Shown: positions 51,782 to 64,000, counted from the stretch's first letter. The stretch: DNA of 64,000 bases from Octopus bimaculoides (GCF_001194135.2 NC_068988.1:94067412-94131411); one strand, 5' to 3'. Translations and numbers: made by a program. Notes: generated by a model from the letters alone, not told the origin.

Positions 51782-53225
51782 NNNNNNNNNNNNNNNNNNN
51801 NNNNNNNNNNNNNNNNNNNNNNNNNNNNNNNNNNNNNNNNNNNNNNNNNNNNNNNNNNNNNNNNNNNNNNNNNNNNNNNNNNNNNNNNNNNNNNNNNNNN
51901 NNNNNNNNNNNNNNNNNNNNNNNNNNNNNNNNNNNNNNNNNNNNNNNNNNNNNNNNNNNNNNNNNNNNNNNNNNNNNNNNNNNNNNNNNNNNNNNNNNNN
52001 NNNNNNNNNNNNNNNNNNNNNNNNNNNNNNNNNNNNNNNNNNNNNNNNNNNNNNNNNNNNNNNNNNNNNNNNNNNNNNNNNNNNNNNNNNNNNNNNNNNN
52101 NNNNNNNNNNNNNNNNNNNNNNNNNNNNNNNNNNNNNNNNNNNNNNNNNNNNNNNNNNNNNNNNNNNNNNNNNNNNNNNNNNNNNNNNNNNNNNNNNNNN
52201 NNNNNNNNNNNNNNNNNNNNNNNNNNNNNNNNNNNNNNNNNNNNNNNNNNNNNNNNNNNNNNNNNNNNNNNNNNNNNNNNNNNNNNNNNNNNNNNNNNNN
52301 NNNNNNNNNNNNNNNNNNNNNNNNNNNNNNNNNNNNNNNNNNNNNNNNNNNNNNNNNNNNNNNNNNNNNNNNNNNNNNNNNNNNNNNNNNNNNNNNNNNN
52401 NNNNNNNNNNNNNNNNNNNNNNNNNNNNNNNNNNNNNNNNNNNNNNNNNNNNNNNNNNNNNNNNNNNNNNNNNNNNNNNNNNNNNNNNNNATATGCATGT
52501 ATATATTATGAATGTATATATATAAGATGTATTTGTAAATATGTGCATATACATACTTATAAAATATGTGTGTGTAAATACCCATATAGGCTATTTATAC
52601 ACACACATATATATATTTATAAATATGTATATACATATATATATATAAACAATATATGAGTATATGCATATATATGTACATGTATGTATATACGTTCATC
52701 TACATGTACATATAGATACATAACTGGGTACATGACGTGGCAAAAGAACAAGGACAAAATGGTAAACAAGGTGCAACAAACAAGCAGGCCACACAGAAAC
52801 ATCCCCTTCATCAGCTGCCACCATTAAAACTCCGGCGTTTCGAATATCTGAGAACGGGGGGAGGAGGGGGAGAGATAAAGTAAGAGGATTTGTTATTTAA
52901 ATCATCATATATTCGCAAATCATCCGAGACACATTAAAATATATCTATGGTTTATATTTTATATTAATATTTGTCTAGGTTGTATATTTGTGAATATATC
53001 ATGCTTTATGCAACAAATTTTATGTTATATAGTTCAATGTATGTATGTATGCATGTATGTATGTTTATTGACACTTACATTTCGCCGTTTTTGCCAACTC
53101 AGACGACATATATACGAAAATAATTGAACGTACAACTTGTATAATTGTATTTGTACACACACACTGACATATAAACTCATACACACATACATTTGCAGAT
53201 ATGCATATAAACACATATATTTCAT

Positions 53226-53432
53226 TTAATGTTCACAATATAAAGTTATGAGTTACTAAGTTTCATGCATTGAAGATGTATTCTATGCAGTTTTTATAAC
53301 ACACCCTGTGTCTCAACGGAAACTTCAGGCTCAATGCTCGGAGGCACAAGGCGTGTTATAAAAACTTGCCCAGGACACATCTCCAATGCATGAAACTATC
53401 AGTAACTCATAACTTTATACTGTGCACATTAA
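53226..53432. mobile_element. ~207-bp palindromic MITE-like element
   Basis: Arms 53226-53302 and 53353-53432 are reverse complements with a few mismatches; both ends read TTAA. Confidence 0.8.
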
Positions 53433-53442
53433 AGGATACTTA

Positions 53443-54295
53443 TTAGGTTGTCAAGAAAGTTCTTGCGGTTTTTAACCTTTAAATTCAGATGCACATATCT
53501 CGGCTCAAACAAAACTGTATTAAACGAAATAAACACCATCAGAATCAACACACTTTTGCCAACGCGAAACACGTTTATTTATNNNNNNNNNNNNNNNNNN
53601 NNNNNNNNNNNNNNNNNNNNNNNNNNNNNNNNNNNNNNNNNNNNNNNNNNNNNNNNNNNNNNNNNNNNNNNNNNNNNNNNNNNNNNNNNNNNNNNNNNNN
53701 NNNNNNNNNNNNNNNNNNNNNNNNNNNNNNNNNNNNNNNNNNNNACTTCTGCAGGGTTAGTTGTGCGACGTGCGGTCAAGCGTTGTCGTGCAGAAGAATT
53801 GGTCCTTTTCTATTGACCAATGGTGGCTGTTGTTGTCGGAGTTTCTTATGCACTTCATCCATTTGCTGACAATACTTCTCCGTCGTAATGGTTTCAAAAA
53901 GCTGTGATGGATGAGAACGGCCGTAGACCACCAAACAGTCACCCTGACCTTCTTTTGGTGCCACTTTGGCCTCGGGAAGTGCCGTGGAGCTTCTTCGGCG
54001 TCCAAACACTGAGCTGAGCGTCGCCGGTTGTTGTAAAGAATTCACTTTTCATCGCAAGTCACAATCCGGTCGAGAAACGGGTTGTTCTTGTTGCGTAAAA
54101 GAAGGGAAGACGACACGTCTTTTCTTTTGGGTTCTCGTTCAATTCGTGCGGCACCCATTTCTCAAGTATGTTTTCCAATCTCTTTCAAGTTGTTGGAAAT
54201 TGTCGTATACGTTACGTCTTTTTCAGAAGCTAGCTCTCGAACAGTTGTGCGTGGATTGGCTTCCATTATGAACATTTCTTTCACTGATTTCCTGT
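53443..54295 (-). pseudogene. mariner (Hsmar1/cecropia-like) element, 5'-truncated, spanning an N gap
   Basis: TA + TIR TTAGGTTGTCAAGAAAGTTCTTGCGGTTTT; decayed transposase EANPRTTVRE..PFLDRIVTCDEK*ILYNNRRR..HQKKVRVTVWWS..TITTEKYCQQMDEVHKKL..LVNRKGPILLHDNA..SRWQKCVDSDGVYF. Confidence 0.9.
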
Positions 54296-54394
54296 GATTT
54301 ATACACTTTTATGGTTCTGTTGCTCTCATGTCGTATAAACGTCATAATATGAGCTGATAACAGTTCTTTTGCCTATCATTTCAATCTTTTTATT

Positions 54395-54562
54395 GCCCAC
54401 AGAAGGCTAAACATACAGGGAACAAACAAGGAAAAACAAAGGGATTAAGTCGATTACAACGACCCCAGTGCGAAACAGGTACTTATTTAATCAACTCTGA
54501 AAGATCGAAGGGAAAAGTCGACCTCGGAGGAATTTGAACTCAGAACATAAAGACAGACGAAA
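54395..54562 (-). mobile_element. SINE A (tail type 1), 5'-truncated
   Basis: TTTATTGCCCACAGAAGGCTAAAC..GGATTAAGTCGATTAC..GAATTTGAACTCAGAAC. Confidence 0.9.
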
Positions 54563-54680
54563 GAATGTTACAGTTATTTAACCCCAACAAACACTATTTC
54601 TAGTTGGCTACGCGACACAAGCGTTCTGTGTCCTTAACTTTTCAAAGGGAGATAAGTATCTCCACCCAACAAAGCCAGCA

Positions 54681-54723
54681 TCCAGAGACTAGTTTCAGGG
54701 TAATTGCCTTTCATCAGTCTGGA
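54681..54723 (-). ncRNA. Minimal type I hammerhead ribozyme fold, intact core
   Basis: UCCAGA CUGAUGA A AGG-CAAUUAC-CCU GAAA CUAG UC|UCUGGA. Stem I is a perfect 6 bp, stem III the palindrome ACUAGU, triplet GUC. Confidence 0.8.
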
Positions 54724-55121
54724 GTATCTTGACCTTGCTATATGTCGCTGCTAAGCTGCTGTTGAAAACTTATAGAATTTCAAGTGAAAAACATTCACTG
54801 ATCTAAAAAAATAGAAATATTACATGTCTAAATCTCTCAGAATTATACAGTAACAGCACGATAGAGTGATGACTTGTCAACTTAATGCAGCAGTCACAGG
54901 AAAGGAAGAATATTACTGTTTTTTAGCCCCAAGAAATGCCGTTTCTGAATAACAGTAACATTCTTCCCTTTCCTGGGACTGTCACGTTAAGTTGGCAACT
55001 AGCCATCACTGTATTATATAATATTTTACAGAAAACAAAGTAAAACCGAATGCAAAACAGTTGTGAAAACAGCTTAGAAGACCGTATAAATACACTTAAA
55101 AAACGGAAAATGTAGCCAGCA

Positions 55122-55194
55122 GGCACAAAGAATCGAACCCTGTACCTCTCAATTTCTGTCTGAGTATTCCATACCATTAAGCTAAGTGATCCCC
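55122..55194 (-). pseudogene. Degenerate tRNA-like sequence (tRNA pseudogene or lone SINE head)
   Basis: A box TAGCTTAATGG and B box GGTTCGATTC at tRNA spacing; acceptor stem poorly paired. Confidence 0.4.
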
Positions 55195-56309
55195 TGACAA
55201 CAATTACCGTCTTTTATAACGCAAAATAATAGCTTTTGAAATGTTGGAACATTTTTATGAACAAACTTAGAAGCGCCGAGTGAGTCGGTGTTTTACAGAA
55301 AATAAAATGAATCCATTAATACTTGCCTTTATGTTGAGTTACAATACAAGCAATTTTACATTAAACTAAATAATTACTCAATATTTTTGGCAGATTGCAT
55401 ATTTATTAATCTTTAACAAGCATAATAAACATATACAAACATTTATGTATGCAAGCATTAACACACGAAAACACTCACACACACACGCACACACACACAT
55501 AGAGGTAATGAGAGGGGAAGAGTGAGAGGTTACTTATATATACTATTATCTTGTAGACAAAGTGTATGCTTGGTTCCAGGATTTCTAAATTCTTCATGAT
55601 ACGTTTAGTTTAGTGACCAAATACTCTACTACCACAATTCTTACCATGATTTTATAACCGCAGTTACGCTTTAGTGGGTGGAGATTTGTTTGACTGTTGC
55701 CTTGGTGTATACAATCTTTCTGCCAAATAATCCAGATGTAAATATAAAACCACGTGGCTACCCACTTTTACGGCTTTAAGGACTGTATTCATATGAAATC
55801 GCTCCCGCTAACCTGTAAGTAAGAGTTCAAACACTTCAGATTATTATTCAATGAAACAGCATTTTGTCTGGAGTCAACTTCGTGTTTTTTTAAAGCTATC
55901 GTAGAGTGGGTATATTCGATTCACTATATTGTTCCCAACTTATAATTCCTTATCTGAAATTATGTGTGTGCGTGTGTTTAACCAAGAGACAATGTAATTT
56001 TGCTTTAAGGAGGTGGCAGCCAATGAAATTTGTTGCCGTATTACTGGTATTCGTTTCATACATTCTTTAGTACTAAAACTTAATCGCAAACGGGATTTGA
56101 ATTCATAATCTTATCGAACGATTCCAAATAATTGCAACAGTTTGTTTTGGATCACTAATTCATCAACTTTACCTCTAATCACTACGGAAATTGCGTCGAA
56201 CCATATTCCTATCCAACAGGCATCGATTTCGAACCATGTCAGAGTATATGAATATTTTAATCATTTTACTTAAATGCGATAGATATAAGCCATGTTAAGA
56301 GTAGCATCA

Positions 56310-56672
56310 ATTCTTTTCTACTCTAGGAGGGAGCCAGTCGATTAGATCGACCGCAGTTCGTAACTGCTACATATATATATGAAAGGCAAAGTCGGCCTCG
56401 GCGGAATTTGAACTCAGAACGTAAAGACAGGCGAAATACCTATTTCTTTACTGCCCACAAGGGGCTACACACAGAGGGGACAAACAAGGACAGACAAACG
56501 GATTAAGTCGATTATATCGACCCCAGTGCGTAACTGGTACTTAATTTATCGACCCCGAAAGGATGAAAGGCAAAGTCGACCTTGGCGGAATTTGAACTCA
56601 GAACGTAACGGCAGACGAAATACCGCCAAGCATTTCGCCCGGCGTGCTAACGTTTCTGCCAGCTCGCCGCCT
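56310..56672 (-). mobile_element. SINE A heterodimer (full tail-1 unit + 5'-truncated tail-2 unit) in one 14-bp TSD
   Basis: TAAGAGTAGCATCA at 56296-56309 and TAGGAGTAGCATCA at 56673-56686; junction ..AAAGAAATA|GGTATTTCG near 56438 (minus strand). Confidence 0.9.
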
Positions 56673-57439
56673 TAGGAGTAGCATCACTCACATCTTTGTA
56701 TGCGATTAACTCTACTCTGGAGGTGTGGCAAGTCAATGGAAATTGTAGATGCAGGAATACTTGTGTGGCATGAAGACCGAACTCATCACTGAAGAACTCC
56801 AGAAACATTACATTCTCTCCTGTACAGCACAGTGACTCCAAGCAACATAACCGTTACATCAACAAAAATCATTATTCACATTAAAAAGAAATGAATAAAA
56901 ATATAACTAAATCGATATTTCCAGGCGATTATTTAAGTCGGCACGTAATCAGGCGTATAAGTTTTAAAAATAATAAAATAAAATAATATATATAAATGAG
57001 AACTAAAATATTGCAAGACTTGGTTTCCCAAGGTAGTCTAGTTATATACAACCTACTCTCAAAGGTGTTGATTGCACGAAAGTGTTGATTGCACGAAAGT
57101 TTTTCCATCTAATAAATATATACATCATATGTTTCTTTTTAATCTTATGTCACTTTAAATCAATGTAATATATGTAGTTAGCTATTAAAAAGAATAAATA
57201 CCTTATATCACGGAAATCTTTTAAAATAATTTATATTTCATTCAGACTTATAGAACATATATGTAGACCATCTATGTATCGGCTTTTTTCAAATCTTAGT
57301 CATACACACACATACACACATACATGCATACATACAAACGCACACACGCACGCAAGCACACACGCACGCAAGCACACACGCACAGACACACACATATATA
57401 TGATTGTGTATGAATACTATGTGTAAGACGATAAGCTGA

Positions 57440-57625
57440 GAGTATCATTACTGCGCCGGACTAATTTCTTAGAGGCATTTCGTTTTGAGTTCAAATTTCA
57501 CTGAGGTCGACTTTGTCTTTCATCCTTTCGAGGTCGATAACATAAAATACCAGTTGAGTATTGTACTGGGGTCGATGTATTCGACTTACCCTGCCCTCTC
57601 GGACTTGCTAGCCTTGTGTAAAATT
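57440..57625 (+). mobile_element. SINE A, diverged
   Basis: TTTTGAGTTCAAATTTCACTGAGGTCGACTTTGTCTTTCATCCTTTCGAGGTCGATAAC. Confidence 0.85.
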
Positions 57626-57656
57626 CCGACATCAATATTATTTTTATATATAAATA

Positions 57657-57687
<31 letters not shown>

Positions 57688-57698
57688 GTGTGTGTGTA

Positions 57699-57729
<31 letters not shown>

Positions 57730-60391
57730 GTGTGTATATATATATGTATATGCATATATATATGTATGTATAAATATATGTATATATATGTATATATGTA
57801 TATATATGTATATATATATATATACATATATNNNNNNNNNNNNNNNNNNNNNNNNNNNNNNNNNNNNNNNNNNNNNNNNNNNNNNNNNNNNNNNNNNNNN
57901 NNNNNNNNNNNNNNNNNNNNNNNNNNNNNNNNNNNNNNNNNNNNNNNNNNNNNNNNNNNNNNNNNNNNNNNNNNNNNNNNNNNNNNNNNNNNNNNNNNNN
58001 NNNNNNNNNNNNNNNNNNNNNNNNNNNNNNNNNNNNNNNNNNNNNNNNNNNNNNNNNNNNNNNNNNNNNNNNNNNNNNNNNNNNNNNNNNNNNNNNNNNN
58101 NNNNNNNNNNNNNNNNNNNNNNNNNNNNNNNNNNNNNNNNNNNNNNNNNNNNNNNNNNNNNNNNNNNNNNNNNNNNNNNNNNNNNNNNNNNNNNNNNNNN
58201 NNNNNNNNNNNNNNNNNNNNNNNNNNNNNNNNNNNNNNNNNNNNNNNNNNNNNNNNNNNNNNNNNNNNNNNNNNNNNNNNNNNNNNNNNNNNNNNNNNNN
58301 NNNNNNNNNNNNNNNNNNNNNNNNNNNNNNNNNNNNNNNNNNNNNNNNNNNNNNNNNNNNNNNNNNNNNNNNNNNNNNNNNNNNNNNNNNNNNNNNNNNN
58401 NNNNNNNNNNNNNNNNNNNNNNNNNNNNNNNNNNNNNNNNNNNNNNNNNNNNNNNNNNNNNNNNNNNNNNNNNNNNNNNNNNNNNNNNNNNNNNNNNNNN
58501 NNNNNNNNNNNNNNNNNNNNNNNNNNNNNNNNNNNNNNNNNNNNNNNNNNNNNNNNNNNNNNNNNNNNNNNNNNNNNNNNNNNNNNNNNNNNNNNNNNNN
58601 NNNNNNNNNCTAGAGTAGAAAAGACTATTGAACTTCCTAGCATAATTTCATGTTTCCCTAAATGTCCCAGTACGCATGAACGTGTAGTTCATGTGATTCT
58701 TCTTCTGACTTCATCGTTTCGGGTTTTCTTCCACGAATAACTTATACTGAATTCATAAGCCGACTAAAGTCGTATAAATGTAATTTAGTTAAAAGAAACG
58801 TCTGGTCCTCCATCAGAATGTGACCGTTCTTTTTCTAGGCTGGTGGGGGGGGTTAGTCTAATGCCCGATTAAGCACATTTCTTCTTTACAGGAGCCCCTT
58901 TAAAGGGTCACGGGCACTGATTACCCTCCTCAGAATAAGCAATAAAATCTACAAATGCGTAATAATTACTTTCATTCGTTACAGAATTAATTGAAATATT
59001 GGTGTTGTATTTCGCTGGAAATATAGACACGAAAGAATTAACAAAATATTCATTTTGTCTTCGCTATAAACTGAAGTTTACTCCTGCCGCCCGGTTTAAA
59101 ATTCAAAACACGAGAAGTAGGTTTTTACAGTGATGTTTCAGAATAAGTTTAGTCCATTTGATAACATTTCTAAATAAGTAAATGAGTGAAAACTTTACAC
59201 AACAAGATGTTTCTTAGTTTTATTTAGCATTCAGCTTTATAACGTTGTGGCGCCACGTGGACACTACTCTTATGACGTTCTTGCCAATATCCAAGATAGA
59301 TTGGATAGATATCGGAGGTACACTTACCGTTTCCCATTTCTTTTTGTTTGTTTTACACATTTAAAGAAGAGCGAATGTTGGCTAAATTGTTAATGTATTC
59401 GGCAACACAAAGCGATAAACAAAGAAATAAACTAACAAACAAATTAACAGACAATTAAAGAAGTAAATATATAAATACGTAATCATAAAAAAGAATCAAA
59501 TAAACTCAAGCATAGATATTACTTCACACAACAGTCCGATAAACATTTACACATACAAAAGCAATATATTACAAAAAGCACGTCAAACGACATTTCTTTC
59601 TTCTTTTTATAACAACAGCCATTTTGTTTCTTTATGATAGGGGCATATATTATTTATCTCCCATTTTGTGTCTCTTTGTCTGACTCCCTCGTTTTCTCTC
59701 TCGTTTTCTGTTACTCTCTCGTTCTGTTTTATTTATTTATGTTTTTAATCAGTGGTTCACAGAAAAAGAAAGAAGCTTTTAATAATCAAGTATCTTTTGA
59801 GAAAAGGTGAACGGTCCGAAGCAATATTAACGCCATGGACGAGACAGCCATTGCTTCAAGCGACATTTCCAGACAATTGACTAACCGAAAGACCTTTACG
59901 AACACAGAAACCCTACAATTATACACACATGCACACACACATAGTTGCGCAGCAGCCTCTAAACCACACAACTACATCTGCACCTACCATGAGTATATGC
60001 ACACACATTTATATGTATTTACACACACACACACACTCTACAAAGTTTGCGCGAAAGCGCGACAGGTTACAAAAAGGTTTGGGAACGAGAAGAATCTCCT
60101 AAACTCTGCTAGGCTCGACGAGGTTGACAAAAACCTTTGTAATTGCAGATAGTCTTATGTGCAGAATCTGAACTACCATATAGGAAAAAAATTAACACAG
60201 GACTGTAACCGGTGTTTTAGTTTTAAATAACGTACACGTGTTTTAGTAACCCAACGGCCGTTATTACCTATGTTGATTAACCCTACCACGAGGCACAAAA
60301 TAGTCGACACGCGTCTTCTGCTTTATCAGCAAAAATACAGCATAAAAAAGATTACAAGTCCTTTTATATAGCGCATTCTTATCCTCTCATT

Positions 60392-60660
60392 CAGGGCCGG
60401 ATTAAGACTCATCGAGGCCCTAAGCACTTAAAAGATTTTGGTGCCCCCATAAAAGATTATGTAATTCAAAATATAAACAATAACGAACATGAAATAAATT
60501 TTTATTTTCCAAAAAGAAACAAAACAGTAAGAGGGAAAATAATGTTTATTTTTGTCTACTTCCACTTTACATATATTTGAAAAGTTACTTCCCCCTTCTC
60601 TGAATTGCAAACTCTTGATGAGATCCTCAAAATTAATCTTAGATAACTCAATATTATTTC
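60392..60660 (-). mobile_element. hAT transposon 3' terminal fragment
   Basis: TIR-like CAGGGCCGGATTAAG; minus strand IELSKINFEDLIK(fs)FAIQRRGK* resembles the end of the hAT dimerisation domain. Confidence 0.65.
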
Positions 60661-60798
60661 AGTAAGTTTAAAGTGATTAAATGACACATGTTATGCACCA
60701 CTTACATAGAGGAATCGGTACACGCCATCTGCTTCTGCAAGTTTGAGACACATTTCCTACATGTTTTATGCAGTAGCATATATATTATATGTATATAT

Positions 60799-61048
60799 AA
60801 TGCGCCCTTTTAAAGCCTAGCCAGGCTCATGGGCCCGGTTTCCCGGTTTCTATGGCGAATGTGTTCCCCAGCTGGAGGGGACGCCAGTCCATCGCAGCGT
60901 TACTCATTTTTGCCCGCTGAGTGGACTGGAGCAACGTTAAATGAAGTGTTTTGCTCAAGAACACAACGCGTCACCCGGTCCAGGAATCGAAACCACAGTC
61001 TTACGATCATGAAGCTGACACCCTAACCTCTAAGCTACGAACCTCCAC
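60799..61048 (-). mobile_element. SINE C head/CORE with tail C4
   Basis: Minus strand GCTTAGAGGTTAGG..GTTTCGATTCCTGGACCGGG..TTCTTGAGCAAAACACTTC..; tail GATGGACTGGCGTCCCCTCCAGCTGGGGAAC..GAAACCGGGAAACCGGGCCC. Confidence 0.85.
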
Positions 61049-61362
61049 ACACACACACACACANNNNNNNNNNNNNNNNNNNNNNNNNNNNNNNNNNNNN
61101 NNNNNNNNNNNNNNNNNNNNNNNNNNNNNNNNNNNNNNNNNNNNNNNNNNNNNNNNNNNNNNNNNNNNNNNNNNNNNNNNNNNNNNNNNNNNNNNNNNNN
61201 NNNNNNNNNNNNNNNNNNNNNNNNNNNNNNNNNNNNNNNNNNNNNNNNNNNNNNNNNNNNNNNNNNNNNNNNNNNNNNNNNNNNNNNNNNNNNNNNNNNN
61301 NNNNNNNNNNNNNNNNNNNNNNNNNNNNNNNNNNNNNNNNNNNNNNNNNNNNNNNNNNNNNN

Positions 61363-61413
<51 letters not shown>

Positions 61414-62216
61414 TTATGTATGTGTGTATACACGCGCTTGCGTAGGTATGTGTGTGGGGATGTGTACATGTGTACGTGGGTATGAAGATTAGTATGTATT
61501 TAGGCGCATTAAAATATTAATGATATTTTTCGTCTGTTTAATGGGATTTCTATATGCAAAATTAATGTCTATTATAATATAAATACATATATGTGTCTTT
61601 GTTCCATTTATTGTGCTTTTCGCGTATGTATGTATGTATATATGTATGTATGTATGTATATATGTATGTATGTATGTATATATGTATGTATATGTTTATA
61701 TATCTGTGTGGGTGTGCGCGTGTGAGTGCGTGTATGGTGTATTATGTGGGTAAACATTTCTGATACCCTAAACTGTGTCAGTTTTCTGTGTCACTTTTCA
61801 CTGCCCGTTTTATGTTATGCTCTGAATTAGGTGCAACATCTCTCGCGAATAGGCTGCTGATCCAATACAGATAACATTTCAACATTATTATCTAACATTA
61901 TCAGTTTCCTAGATTTAAAGTCAGTGAACTGCCGAAAAACAGAACGCTCACTGCAGTAAAACTGAACTCGTAAATGGAGAATATATATATTCTGTAAATG
62001 GCATGTCAGTATTAGAGAATACTTGAGTCATGATAGTATCCCAGCCATTCCTATTTGTATTTTGTACCTGTTGATACCTAAAGATTAACCGCACTTTTCT
62101 GGAAGCAGGAAAAGATTAAAAACACAATCACGAATCTATATTGCCTACATACATAAAAAACATACATGCATAATGAGATATCATAGAAGCATACATACAT
62201 ACATAAATACATATAT

Positions 62217-62293
62217 ACTTCCTCGTCACTGGAATAATGTTTGCCTCTCAAACCCTCTTTCATGGGGCCGAAGATTATTTTAGTGACGAGGAA

Positions 62294-62295
<2 letters not shown>
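62217..62295 (-). pseudogene. Small mariner transposase fragment
   Basis: IFGPMKEGLRGKHYSSDEEV, the segment following the third catalytic Asp. Confidence 0.7.
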
Positions 62296-62336
<41 letters not shown>

Positions 62337-62916
62337 GAAGTCGCATATTGAAATGTAAATTTGCAAAATATTCCCAATTTCCGGTTAATGTGTTTCTGGT
62401 TGTTTATCCATTATCTGCTCGTGGTAACTTGATTGTCAGCGGCAGCACACAGAGAGGATTAAACTGCTGTGTCTTTATTGAAATACACTGTCACATGAAA
62501 AACGATAGTATAGGCGAATAGACGTGATATTGAACTTGACGTTCGATTAATTGATTAAGCAACTTTACCCCAATGTTCAAATTTGTCAAACGCAGCAATA
62601 AAACACTTCGAAAGCAATTTACGGAAATGAGATATCATAGAAATTGTATTAATATTTCACTTTTGTACGGGGAGTATTTTTTAAGAAAAATGGAATTGAC
62701 AAATTTGCAGAACAAGTTTCTCAGTATAATTGCGAAACATTTCCATTATTGTTATAAGATTTTACTTTTGTAAACTGATTTTTAATTGTATTTTAGATTT
62801 GTGGTTTTCAACCATTTTTTACCAGTGGATTCCTTTGATTTCAGTTTTACTCAGATGGACTCTCATAGCCTTTCCACGTTTTAAAAGTCTTATTATATTT
62901 TATGATTAAATATTAT

Positions 62917-63304
62917 AGGCGCAGGAGTGGCTGTGTGGTAAGTAGCTTGCTTACCAACCACATGGTTCTGGGTTCAGTCCCACTACGTGGGACCTTGGGC
63001 AAGTATCTTCTACTATAGCCTTAGGTCGGCCAAAGCCTTGTGAGTGGATTTGGTAGACGGAAATTGGAAGTAGCCCGTCGTTTATGTATATATGTATATG
63101 TATGTATAAATATGTATGTGTATCTGTGTTTACCCCACCACCATCACTTGATAACCGATGTTGGTGTGTTTACGTCCCTGTAACTTAGTGGTTTGGCAAA
63201 AGAGACGGATCGAATAAGTACCAGGCTTACCAGGAATAAGTTCTGAGGTCGATTTATTCGACTAAAGGCGGTGCTCCAGCATGACTGAATCATGTAAAAG
63301 AATA
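62917..63304 (+). mobile_element. SINE B, full length (tRNA head, CORE-like domain, internal TA/TG microsatellite, CR1-type tail)
   Basis: AGGCGCAGGAGTGGCTGTGTGG..GGTTCAGTCCC..ACCTTGGGCAAGTATCTTCTACTATAGCC..GGCGGTGCTCCAGCATGACTGAA..AAAAGAATA. Confidence 0.95.
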
Positions 63305-63324
63305 TCAAAATATTCTGTGCCGTA

Positions 63325-63462
63325 GAATTATAACCAATTTATTGCGCATAAATTTTAATAACGAAACCTTATATAGACCCCTCCCTCCTCCAAAGGTTGT
63401 ACTCCCCCCACCCCGGGTCATATGGACCCCAAAGAGTCATGTGGACCCCGTTGAGAACCACT
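63325..63462 (-). mobile_element. hAT (Charlie-like) MITE terminus
   Basis: ATAACCAATTTATTGCGCATAAATT..GGACCCCGTTGAGAACCACT, homologous to 1040-1125. Confidence 0.65.
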
Positions 63463-64000
63463 TTTCGTATTCTTTTGTGAAACAAATCGTTCGTTTCCGG
63501 TTCTTTCCGCATCTCGTTGCTTTTTCAGGCGACAGTATACATCGGACATCTTAGTAGTGTCTTTGTTCTCCAATGACGATGATATTAATATTATTGCACA
63601 TGTCTGTGATTTCTCTACCACAAACGCAATATGTCCGAACATGAAATATATTGCAAATATTTAGATTTTAATATGTGTTTTCATTTTATTTTCATTTGCG
63701 TTTCGTCTGAACTCTATCGATAAATATTTCTACATATTATTGCTATAAACTTGATATTTTTTCTTATCTATTGAGCCCTCTCAATACTTCGTAATCACGA
63801 AAAAATATTTTCTACAGAACTGAAGATATTTAATATACACACTCGCGCACTCACACACACAGAGACACAGACACACACCTAAATGTGCGTGTGTGTATGT
63901 ACGTGCGTAACAGAGCTGTATATGTTTGAGTTTCCATATGTGTTTGGCTGCGTTCGTTCAAGTAGCACACGGCTGACTGTCTGTTTTCTTTCCACAAGCG

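Noticed and set aside
52800-52850. GAAAC..CUGAUGA order as a type II hammerhead
   Set aside because: The intervening sequence cannot form stems I and III.
56692-56819. 128-nt minus-strand open segment (ENVMFLEFFSD..YKD|GTGAGT), phase-compatible with the MGN exon and faintly CUB-like
   Set aside because: Weak acceptor, CUB hallmark residues missing, and open frames of this length are common; needs junction reads.

Overview
Eukaryotic, AT-rich, microsatellite-dense, gap-rich scaffold. It is most likely an octopus (cephalopod) genome, judged from SINE families I recall from Octopus sequence; this is not verified by search. I found no intact protein-coding gene, rRNA, functional tRNA or CRISPR array. 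Nearly all ORFs in the supplied track are translations of simple repeats or N gaps. The window is an intronic/intergenic transposon graveyard. It holds about 20 copies of a tRNA-derived SINE (my label A) and two CORE-like SINE groups (B, C). It also holds a 3'-anchored retro-repeat (D), decayed CR1-like and R4/Dong-like LINEs, a Penelope-like RT fragment, three mariner fragments, hAT ends, several foldback elements and a DINE-1/HINE-like element. The most interesting signals are: (i) five unrelated minimal type I hammerhead ribozyme folds; (ii) a tRNA-headed (Pol III) element carrying one of these hammerheads with an inverted 5' duplication, a candidate SINE-ribozyme/retrozyme; (iii) two SINE heterodimers, each bounded by a single target-site duplication; (iv) direct evidence that SINE B shares its 3' tail with the local CR1-like LINE. 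A TE-free 1.8 kb block near 59 kb carries a weak candidate first coding exon. All coordinates and folds were read by eye and are approximate to a few bases.
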